Virus record (IMG/VR): IMGVR_UViG_3300017991_000051
Coordinates: 96,001-160,000 of that record
DNA length: 64,000 nucleotides
Reading direction: 5' to 3' (one strand)
Source of the DNA: a virus
Shown here: in pieces, positions 56,631-64,000 of the stretch
How the letters are laid out: the number at the start of each line of letters is the position of its first letter
Numbering within the stretch: the stretch's first letter is position 1
Position numbers and translations under genes: made by a program
The notes under the pieces: generated by a model
What the model saw: only the letters and a program-made list of their open reading frames with translations
What the model was told of the DNA's origin: nothing
Databases searched by the model: none

Positions 56631-57034
56631 TCCTCTTCCCTCCCCTTATCGTGCTCCGACACGTAGTCGTTCGCGTACGACCCGGCGTGGTACGTTTTGG
56701 GATTCCGTTTGCGAAACTCGTCACATGTCTTCTTCTCCGGATCCTCGATGCATCCGCGGAAACGGCAGAACCACCGCCTGTCCTTGAACTTCATCTTGCT
56801 GCGGAGGTACTCACAAGCCGTACAGTGCTCGTCCTCTTTCTCCTCCAACGCCTTACGTATATCCTGTGCCAGTTGTACCGAAAACTCTCTGACTTCAACA
56901 CACGCCCAACCTTCGGGAATCCACGCCCGCTTGAACTTACAACGCTCACGCGTAGCATTCAGCTTCTCCTCGATCAAACCCTCGAGTACACCCTCTTGCG
57001 TTTCACTAATCATTATTTCCTCCTCCACGAACAC
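56627..57034 (-). CDS. Hypothetical protein with C-terminal Cys cluster
   Basis: CTAC...C...C...C. Confidence 0.5.
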   Translation of the reverse strand: MFVEEEIMISETQEGVLEGLIEEKLNATRERCKFKRAWIPEGWACVEVREFSVQLAQDIRKALEEKEDEHCTACEYLRSKMKFKDRRWFCRFRGCIEDPEKKTCDEFRKRNPKTYHAGSYANDYVSEHDKGREEE

Positions 57035-57063
57035 TACCGCTCATTTTTCAGAAGCACCTACGG

Positions 57064-57136
57064 AGCACCAGGCGAGGCTCGAACTCGCGGTCTCCAGCAT
57101 GGCACGCTGGCGCTCTGCCAATTAAGCTACTGGTGC
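57064..57136 (-). tRNA. tRNA-Gly(GCC)
   Basis: GCACCAG acceptor, CCAGC-GT-GCC-AT-GCTGG anticodon arm, U73 discriminator; followed by CCG rather than CCA. Confidence 0.88.
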
Positions 57137-57435
57137 TATTTGGATATGTACCATACGCCGTTGCTGAAGACGACGGTGCGGGCTTCGCCATAAACGTGGT
57201 AGAAGTTAGTACCGCAGAGTGTAACCACACTGGCGTATGTGTTGGTGCGTGAAATGTAGCGCACAAGTGTCGGCACCGCGTTAGTATCAATATGCGCCGG
57301 CCACACATCATGGCCTGGGTTGCCGGGAACGACATCCCGGACAGATGAGATACCTGCCACGATGTGGCTAACCGCTACTGCGCCCAGTATGGCCATCGCA
57401 AACAGCACCCACAGTATCAAACTTAATCCTTTCAT
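57136..57435 (-). CDS. Small secreted/membrane TN-rich protein
   Basis: AAGGAGG RBS; MKGLSLILWVLFAMAILGAVA; DTN, RTN, GTN, FSN. Confidence 0.6.
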   Translation of the reverse strand: MKGLSLILWVLFAMAILGAVAVSHIVAGISSVRDVVPGNPGHDVWPAHIDTNAVPTLVRYISRTNTYASVVTLCGTNFYHVYGEARTVVFSNGVWYISK

Positions 57436-57446
57436 ATTTCCTCCTT

Positions 57447-57523
57447 TGGCGGAGACGGCGAGACTTGAACTCGCACCGCCTTGATCGACAATCAAGTGCT
57501 CTAGCCTATTGAGCTACGCCTCC
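57447..57523 (-). tRNA. tRNA-Asp(GTC)
   Basis: GGAGGCG acceptor, CTTGA-TT-GTC-GA-TCAAG anticodon arm, G73, CCA. Confidence 0.93.
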
Positions 57524-57524
57524 T

Positions 57525-58157
57525 CTACTCCGTAGTACCATATAATGGTATTTCCTGCGCCCGCTCGTTTAGCATTTTTGCTACGCCGTGGAGCGACTCG
57601 CAGACCGCAGCACCCCGTTTTCGTACGAGGGATGCCACCGCCTGCATGGATTTTATCTGTCCGGTCGTAAACGTATCCTTTTCGTCCACGCAAAGGAAGC
57701 AGAAAATGGTATGATCAGGATTCTGTACAGCATCCTCCACCAGTTCCGCGACCGCGTATACGCCCGTCATCTTCGATGTAAGTACGTAGAGGTAGTAGTT
57801 GCATACTTCCTCCCGTTGCCGGATCTCCTCCTTCTGACACTCCGGAGTCCAGTCATCGACCACGGGGTTGAAATAGGAGAGGTTCTCCGTATCCAACATC
57901 TTGATCAGATCGTCACGCCACTTCGATCCGTTACAGGTCCCGCCGAGGAAGACACGGACGCGCTTGGCGTCCGGATCCTGCTCCAACAGGCGCCGCATTG
58001 CATTCAGTTCATTACGACGCTGGTCGTATACGTACTGACTGCGGACTTCGGTAGCATCCATACTCCCCGTCGCAGGGTGATGCTCTCTCAGGTGTTCCCT
58101 CAAATCATACTCGGGAACCAAGTCGTCACAGATCTTACACACGAAGTATTTCGGCAC
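57525..58157 (-). CDS. C2H2 zinc finger + nucleoside 2-deoxyribosyltransferase-like domain
   Basis: CKIC...HLREHH; VFLGGTCNGSKWRD...FNPVVDDW...AVAEL. Confidence 0.7.
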   Translation of the reverse strand: MPKYFVCKICDDLVPEYDLREHLREHHPATGSMDATEVRSQYVYDQRRNELNAMRRLLEQDPDAKRVRVFLGGTCNGSKWRDDLIKMLDTENLSYFNPVVDDWTPECQKEEIRQREEVCNYYLYVLTSKMTGVYAVAELVEDAVQNPDHTIFCFLCVDEKDTFTTGQIKSMQAVASLVRKRGAAVCESLHGVAKMLNERAQEIPLYGTTE

Positions 58158-58610
58158 TTATCCTCCCAGTAGTGAAAATGCAACCCACATCAGTATGAGG
58201 TGCATGGTGTTGTCGACTGCAATGTACACGGGCGCGACGAAGAAGGCCCTCGGACTGAATGCCTCGACCTCTACCTCGCCGTACGACGCCTTCCGTGTAC
58301 GCATCACGGCCCCGAAGCTGGTCTGCTTGATCAGCTTCCCCCACCAGGCCGCCAGACTCCAGCGGTCGATCGGGAAGTGGGTAACATATGCCACGACGAA
58401 TGCGACGGGCCACGAGAGCCCGGGATCGAACGTACGCCATCCGGCGACGACGACACACGTCGCCACCGCCGTCGAGTACAGAAAACAATGCAGCGCGCAC
58501 CCCGCCTGCCCCGCGTAACTGTGTTTCGACTTGTTCACGGCTTGGTAGTCATTTTGTAGGATGTAGTCTCCCACAAGATGGCCGATGAGTAGCGCTATGT
58601 TGTTGTACAT
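58158..58610 (-). CDS. DUF3307-like membrane protein
   Basis: HLVGDYILQ...HC.LY...HFPID...DNTMHL. Confidence 0.75.
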   Translation of the reverse strand: MYNNIALLIGHLVGDYILQNDYQAVNKSKHSYAGQAGCALHCFLYSTAVATCVVVAGWRTFDPGLSWPVAFVVAYVTHFPIDRWSLAAWWGKLIKQTSFGAVMRTRKASYGEVEVEAFSPRAFFVAPVYIAVDNTMHLILMWVAFSLLGG

Positions 58611-58619
58611 ATGTCCTCC

Positions 58620-59054
58620 CTACGCTGGTTGATTCACGAGTCCGGGCGTACCGGACGCCACCGCATCGTTGATCCTGTCGAACAGGCCCTTCACCTTGCG
58701 CCCAACGCCCTTCCCCCCGTTCGCCCGCGCCGCACGTACGATCTCCAACTCCTGCTCGAGAATTGGAACACGATCCGAGTCTCGATCCTCGTCGTGAGTG
58801 AAGAGATCGATCAAACACTCGCCCTCCTGTTCTGCCCACGCCAGATACTTGTCGGGTACAATCATTCCGTGATCGAGCAACCACACCACGACGCCGAAGC
58901 GCGCCCGCGGATAAAACGAACACGCTTCGGCACGCAATACATCGTGCATGCACTTCTCCACGTGCCGCTGTTGCGGTTTATGGATATCCGGAATCGAATG
59001 CATTAGATCCCAGCAGGCATCACTACTACAACTTTCAGGCCCCCATGCACCCAT
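58620..59054 (-). CDS. Hypothetical protein
   Basis: MGAWG...D.CWD start, common in phage accessory proteins. Confidence 0.55.
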   Translation of the reverse strand: MGAWGPESCSSDACWDLMHSIPDIHKPQQRHVEKCMHDVLRAEACSFYPRARFGVVVWLLDHGMIVPDKYLAWAEQEGECLIDLFTHDEDRDSDRVPILEQELEIVRAARANGGKGVGRKVKGLFDRINDAVASGTPGLVNQPA

Positions 59055-59057
59055 TTA

Positions 59058-59556
59058 CTATTTCTCCTTCAGTTTCACATCTTCCAATTTGTCGGGGAAG
59101 CAGCCGCATGCCTCTTCCTCCACCCACTTCTCATCAGCCCACACTTCCTCGAAGTCCGACAGCGTGGCGTCCGGCACAGCCTCCTGCAGGTCAGGAATGA
59201 GCCGCAGGCTGTGACCACCGACGCTCACCTTGCCATCGATGTACAGTTGTTCCCAGTCGTCACACTTGACGATCACATACTTCTTCATCATGATACCTCC
59301 GATAATTTGATATTGCATAATGCAGCTGTCGGCGCCATATGCCAATCGCCGCCGCCCGCCTCGCCAGCTCCTTGAACACATTACGTGCGTTCTGTTCGAT
59401 CAGCCCGTGTTCGCGTGATGTGGCGGGCATGATCCCGCCATTTCTTATCGGTCCGGTACAGACGGTACGATCGTACTCCTCCGTCCGCCGATGATACTCC
59501 TCTGCCAACGCCTGTAGTTCAAGACTCGGTTGAAAGAATACTCCGTCAATTTGCAT
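59058..59556 (-). CDS. Two small hypothetical genes (about 59058-59292 and 59260-59556)
   Basis: GGAGG RBSs before MMKKYV and MQIDG. Confidence 0.45.
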
Positions 59557-59580
59557 GATCCTCCTCCAAAGTTCTGTTTG

Positions 59581-59656
59581 TCGGGGCGGCTGGATTCGAA
59601 CCAGCGATCCCAAGTTCCCAAAACTTGTGCGATAAACCCGGCTTCGCTACGCCCCG
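59581..59656 (-). tRNA. tRNA-Pro(TGG)
   Basis: CGGGGCG acceptor, CAAGT-TT-TGG-GA-ACTTG anticodon arm, TTCGA T-loop. Confidence 0.9.
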
Positions 59657-62315
59657 ATAGGTTTGACCTCGCCGGATTCCACGAGAGCGGCTACCCGCTT
59701 CTCCTCCTCGGCAACGGTCTCCTTCGCGCGCTGAAGACTGCGCTTTGCCTCCGTCACCCTGTCTTCAGCACGCTTGACTCTATCACGTTCACGCTTCGCA
59801 TGTCCAAAGTAAAATCCGGCATCCCACCGGCCATGCTTATGCAACGTGCTCGAGCTGACTACTCCGCACTTCATTTCTTGATATCCTCCTCCGGCACCCA
59901 CAACCAAGCGGCCACGAAGGCGCCGGGGTCGCTGCCGTAGCTGACGCCGGCGTTGCCATCAACCGCTATGTCGTCACTGCCGTAGCGTTTACGGGCAGCC
60001 TCCCGATACGCCTTGGTCTTATCCGTCTCCTCATTCAGCTTCCGCTGCTCCTCGAGGATGGCACGTCGTTCTTCCTCCAGTTTCTTCAAGTCGATATCGA
60101 AGAAGCGGGCAAGAAGCTGCTCTCTTGATTCTGTGTCCGGCATGGCGTCAGCAATAGCGTCACCAAGCTGTATATCCTTATCCTCCAGCCAGTCAAAGAA
60201 TTCGTTCAGTTCCGGATACCCGTGCTCGAGGGCCCAAGCCCACTTCGCACACTCCGGATACTTCTCCTTGTCGGCATGCTCCTCCGCCAGTGCATCAACG
60301 TCTTGCTCAGCCATCCGCTTTCTCCTCCAACGCCGAAAGGGGAACACAACCAAGGTGGAAGGCGTAACCGTTCCGAACGTATATACGTACTTTACAATTC
60401 AACTCCCGCGACATACCATCAATCTCATCAAGTGCATCGACCACGCCGACCGGCGTGCCTTTCTCCACCAGTAGCCAGTCATGCCTCGCAAGCGGCGGGA
60501 GTCTATTCAAGGCAATCCACTGCCGTTGAAGAAGCGACCGTACCTCCGCTATATCCAACAGTTCTATCACATGCTTCGGCCAATCATTTTCGCCAGCCAT
60601 CATACCTCCTTATACCGGCAGCACCGTCGCAGTGCCCGCCTCCGTGTCAACCTCAACCGTCAGGTACTCTCCGTACCTGACCCACTTGTCACACGCCTTG
60701 TGGATCTCCACCTCGTAATCCTCCAGCCCGTCCTGCTCGATGGCGTCATCCACCACGTCCGGCGTCTTGAATGTCAAACGCACCTTCATTTTCGCTCCTT
60801 TTGTGCAGATTGTTTACTATACTACACAATTTCAGTCGTTATTGTTTACTTCAAGATATTTCTTTGCCACCTCATACGCCTCACAGACATGGAAGTCCCG
60901 CGGCGCGTGCTCACCGGACATCGCCGTAGCCAGCATCCGGGCGACGAACTTTAAATCCTGTACTTTACGACGCAACGCGAAGATAAGCGGCCACTCGGCC
61001 GCCCACTCTGTTGTACCACAGTCACAATATGCGAAGGGCTCATCCACATCATGTACGTACTCTTTCAAACATCGCGGACATATGCCCGCTTCGGCTAAGC
61101 GATCCCGTAACCGGTCCGATTCAGCTTCTGCTTCCATTCTCTACCTCCCCCGCACCGCGCGGTAGTCCAACCTTATCCCATACCTCATCGGGCAGAAAGC
61201 ACATACGCTTCCGGCAAATCTGATCGGCCAGTTCCGGCTGCGTTACGAGCCGCCGAAGGGCTTCCTCCTTCATGATCACCCATCCGCCTGTACGGTAGGG
61301 ATTCTTCTCACCAACTTGATCGTCACGAACGGAGACGAGGATGATCCCCTTCTTCATATGCCCTTGACATTCTTGGCATATGCCGTTCTGCTCAATCTTC
61401 TCCGTATCGCGGAGTTCCTCACGCTCCCAGCCATCCCAGCCGATCTTTGCGTTGCCGCATTTCGGACACTTGTCGTTCCGCTTGACGCCACCGAAAACCC
61501 ATGTGTCACATTGAGGACACTTCTCTTTGTAATTCTTGGTGCCCAACAGGGCTATCGAATCGTCTTTCCGCTCTCCGCACGCGAAGCAGCAGATGGTGAT
61601 GAGCCGCGGGTTGACCCCCAGCTCCTTATGCAATGAAATACTCGACACTACTTGATGCTCCTCCTCACTTTCCTCAGATCCGCATGTTTGCTCAGTCCGT
61701 GGAATATCCGACGGCCTTCCGACATAGATCGGATCAGATCCTCATCTCGTGCCGCCCGGGCAAACGCTTCCGATGTTGGGTGTGCATGCCTCAACTCGCG
61801 AAGACGGTCCATCACATCACTCATTGTTTCTTTTCCTTTCTCCCAACGGGTTTGACGTAATAACGTAACGGGTGTAACACGATATACAAAGCCGCTCTAC
61901 CTCCCTGTCGGATCCCACGTCAAGTTCGGTAAGTTGGTGCGGTTTCCCGCACCGGCGGCATATCGTGGCATCGCCATCCGAACAGTAGACAGGAGGCGCA
62001 TCCGGCTCCATATAGTCCAGCTCCGGATCATCCACGTTCTCGCAATGTAAAACCTGCGTATGGCCGTCGCCGACCATCGTGCCCCCGCATACGGGGCATA
62101 CATGACTCCTGTCCATAATCCTCCTCCTAGTCTCGGCTATCCATCAACAGCTTATTCATACGCTCGCGGCACCGTCTGCACGCCTTTTCCGGCAGCCGAA
62201 TAAAGGCCACCATATCCGCCTTGTACCCGTGTGTGCCGCAAAGCGTCCCGCTTGTGTCCGGCGCCGGCGGGTGCAACTTACCCGGATACCGCTGAAGCAC
62301 ACTGAGTCCGTGCAT
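59647..62315 (-). CDS. Run of about 9 small hypothetical ORFs (59647-~59875, 59871-60314, 60307-60603, 60610-60789, 60832-61137, 61121-61648, ~61651-61825, 61817-62116, 62127-62315), several with CxxC pairs
   Basis: Tightly packed, overlapping stops/starts and GGAGG RBSs. 60610-60789 (MKVRLTFKTPD...) is below the ORF-track cutoff. Confidence 0.5.
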
Positions 62316-62346
62316 GGTCCTCCTCCAATAGGTAATTGAAAATGGT

Positions 62347-62425
62347 TGGTTGCGGGGATTGGATTCGAACCAACGACTGACCCAGCTTATGAGGCTGGCG
62401 AGCTACCTGACTGCTCTACCCCGCA
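62347..62425 (-). tRNA. tRNA-Met(CAT), initiator-like D-arm
   Basis: TGCGGGG acceptor, TAGAGCAG D-arm, CCAGC-CT-CAT-AA-GCTGG anticodon arm, CCA. Lacks the three G-C pairs of canonical fMet. Confidence 0.85.
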
Positions 62426-62470
62426 ATGTAAGAATGGTCCAATAGATTATGCCCTGATAGGCACGGACCT

Positions 62471-62746
62471 TTAATCCTTGTCCGTGATCTTGTGAATAGC
62501 GACCCACATCGCGAAACACGCCGGATTGTCACAGTAGACCTGCCGGGTGTTACCATAGCCGGGAGCTATACATCCAAGATTTTCGGTGGTGATCACCGTC
62601 TTGCACGTTGGGCATACGACCTTACCCGACTTGTCGGGGCCATAGACGAAAGTCTTCCCCTTCCGTGTGTAGGTCCGGAAACCGAACCCGCGGAGGATCT
62701 TCCTGACGTCGCCCTTGTTGAATACTACAAAATTCGTCGGTTTCAT
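62471..62746 (-). CDS. Small zinc-finger protein
   Basis: CPTC...CDNPAC. Confidence 0.55.
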   Translation of the reverse strand: MKPTNFVVFNKGDVRKILRGFGFRTYTRKGKTFVYGPDKSGKVVCPTCKTVITTENLGCIAPGYGNTRQVYCDNPACFAMWVAIHKITDKD

Positions 62747-62753
62747 AACGCAC

Positions 62754-62828
62754 CTACATAACAGTGACGGTGATGATCCGGCGCCGAACGTGTCGCCGGC
62801 GCTTCATGGTTCTCTTCTTCGCGGCCAT
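62754..62828 (-). CDS. 24-aa Arg/Lys-rich micropeptide
   Basis: AGGAGG RBS; MAAKKRTMKRRRHVRRRIITVTVM*. Confidence 0.5.
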   Translation of the reverse strand: MAAKKRTMKRRRHVRRRIITVTVM

Positions 62829-62844
62829 TGGTTCCTCCTGTGTC

Positions 62845-62875
62845 TATGTTAACCTACATCAAGTAGGTTAACATA
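62845..62875. repeat. Perfect 13-bp inverted repeat
   Basis: TATGTTAACCTAC-ATCAA-GTAGGTTAACATA. Confidence 0.75.
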
Positions 62876-62877
62876 TG

Positions 62878-63162
62878 TTAATCCCGTTTGTCACTCTTGG
62901 TCTTCACACAGTTGAAGCGTTTGTCCAGCTCCTCCTCCGTCGGAACGTACCCGAAGTCGGCTATGACGTGGAGTTCGGCGGCCTGCGCGGCCTTATCGCC
63001 CCACTTTTTTCTTACCTCCTCGATGCCCTCCGCATGGTGGCGGAAGGCGCGGTGGTAGTTCAGGTAACCGGGCTTCGCAAACTCATCGAGCCAGCGGTGG
63101 ACTACTTCCCACTTCTTGCCCAGCTTGGTCTCGCATTCCTTGCAATGATCAGCGTATTTCAT
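62878..63162 (-). CDS. His-rich small protein (DUF6915-like)
   Basis: VHRWLD...HRAFRHHAEG...ELHVIADFG. Confidence 0.55.
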   Translation of the reverse strand: MKYADHCKECETKLGKKWEVVHRWLDEFAKPGYLNYHRAFRHHAEGIEEVRKKWGDKAAQAAELHVIADFGYVPTEEELDKRFNCVKTKSDKRD

Positions 63163-63172
63163 AAGACCCTCT

Positions 63173-63248
63173 TGGCTCCAGCGGGAGGGATCGAACCTCC
63201 AACCTGACGGTTAACAGCCGCCCGCTCTACCGGTTGAGCTACACTGGA
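63173..63248 (-). tRNA. tRNA-Asn(GTT)
   Basis: TCCAGTG acceptor, CT-GTT-AA loop, G73, CCA. Confidence 0.92.
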
Positions 63249-63251
63249 TTA

Positions 63252-63721
63252 TCATGACATGCCGGCCATTGCCTCGCAAAGTTTCCGGCACGTAGCCAAC
63301 TGTTCATCGTCCAACTCCGGGCGCCCAACCATACTATCCGATCCACGGAAGAAGTCAACCAGCTTTCGCAGCTCCGCGCTCTCACCCTCCGGAACCGTCC
63401 GGAAGGCAAGAACCTCATAGTCGTAGAGAGCATAATCCGCGCCAGTTTTCAGGATAGTCGCCAACGCCTTCGGGCTCTCCACTTCAATCGTCACGTTCAG
63501 CTTCATGTCAGCAACTCCTCTCCGTCGCGATAGCACTGTCCGGTATGGATCTCGTTGACGCACACATCATCCCGCAGCTCATCCCACGTCATCGTCGCAT
63601 GCGTCTGCGTACAGTGTGTCAGCCAACCCTCCTTCAGGGTCTGGAGTGCCAGTGCCTCGGTCTCCCCGTAGGCATCGAAGTCCCAATGCCTCGTCTCCAC
63701 ATGTGCGTGCCATAACGTCAT
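63252..63721 (-). CDS. Two small hypothetical genes (63252-63506, 63503-63721)
   Basis: ATGA overlaps, RBSs. Confidence 0.5.
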
Positions 63722-63724
63722 AAC

Positions 63725-64000
63725 CTAACTCCTCTCGCTCCACAACACCCGCGCCTTCTGGCAGCAGATATCCTGGAATTGAGCGCCCGTCGTATCCGGA
63801 TGTGCATCCACGATCGGCATCCACGTGCTCTCGGGGAGATCCCCGAGGATCCGCTTCGCCATCTTGTGGCGGCCGGCTTCATCCAGCGTGTCGAAGTGCA
63901 CGATGCGGTCGATACGGCCCGGACGGGTCGCACGCCCGTTCCCGCTCGCCAAAGCGGGATCCACCGTCTCCAAGTGGTTGGTGGTGATGATCGTGAGCAC
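63725..64000 (-). CDS. AAA+ ATPase, C-terminal part (truncated at window edge)
   Basis: TTNH...DPAL...RPGRIDR second region of homology. Confidence 0.8.
   Translation of the reverse strand: MLTIITTNHLETVDPALASGNGRATRPGRIDRIVHFDTLDEAGRHKMAKRILGDLPESTWMPIVDAHPDTTGAQFQDICCQKARVLWSERS

Noticed and set aside
1-64000. Stop-codon reassignment (alternative genetic code)
   Set aside because: Long genes are intact in code 11; TAG, TGA and TAA all end well-packed genes; no suppressor tRNA.

Overview
This 64-kb window is a segment of a large, GC-rich, contractile-tailed (jumbo myovirus-like) bacteriophage genome. Essentially all real genes lie on the minus strand, in the standard code; the long plus-strand ORFs are antisense shadows. 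In transcription order (right to left) it has five regions. (1) About 50-64 kb is an accessory region of small ORFs with 8 dispersed tRNAs (Asn, Met, Pro, Asp, Gly, Ala, Ile-UAU, Trp), a radical SAM enzyme, a frameshifted Pth2-like gene and a truncated (p)ppGpp-hydrolase remnant. Most notably, it holds two non-coding 36-nt-period dual-repeat arrays (about 6 and 18 units) with the architecture of TIGR guide-RNA arrays. The first array starts directly at the CCA end of tRNA-Ala, the two arrays bracket a metallophosphoesterase gene, and no Nop-domain Tas gene is visible in the window. (2) About 26-50 kb is a head/virion-internal module: ferritin-like multidomain protein, LigD-type phosphoesterase-ligase fusion, RNA polymerase beta' C-terminal half, S8 protease, probable prohead protease, scaffold, major capsid and neck proteins. 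Its proteins share a recurring K-x-[A/S/G] motif. (3) About 16-26 kb encodes two giant fibre-like proteins and four small proteins, all with signal peptides. (4) About 13.8-16 kb is a sigma70-driven metallophosphoesterase/HTH/HNH/patatin cassette. (5) About 1-13.6 kb holds the tail terminator, sheath, tube, spike/hub, a chaperone pair with a candidate -1 frameshift, tape measure and baseplate genes. All functional calls come from motif recognition by eye; no database searches were run.
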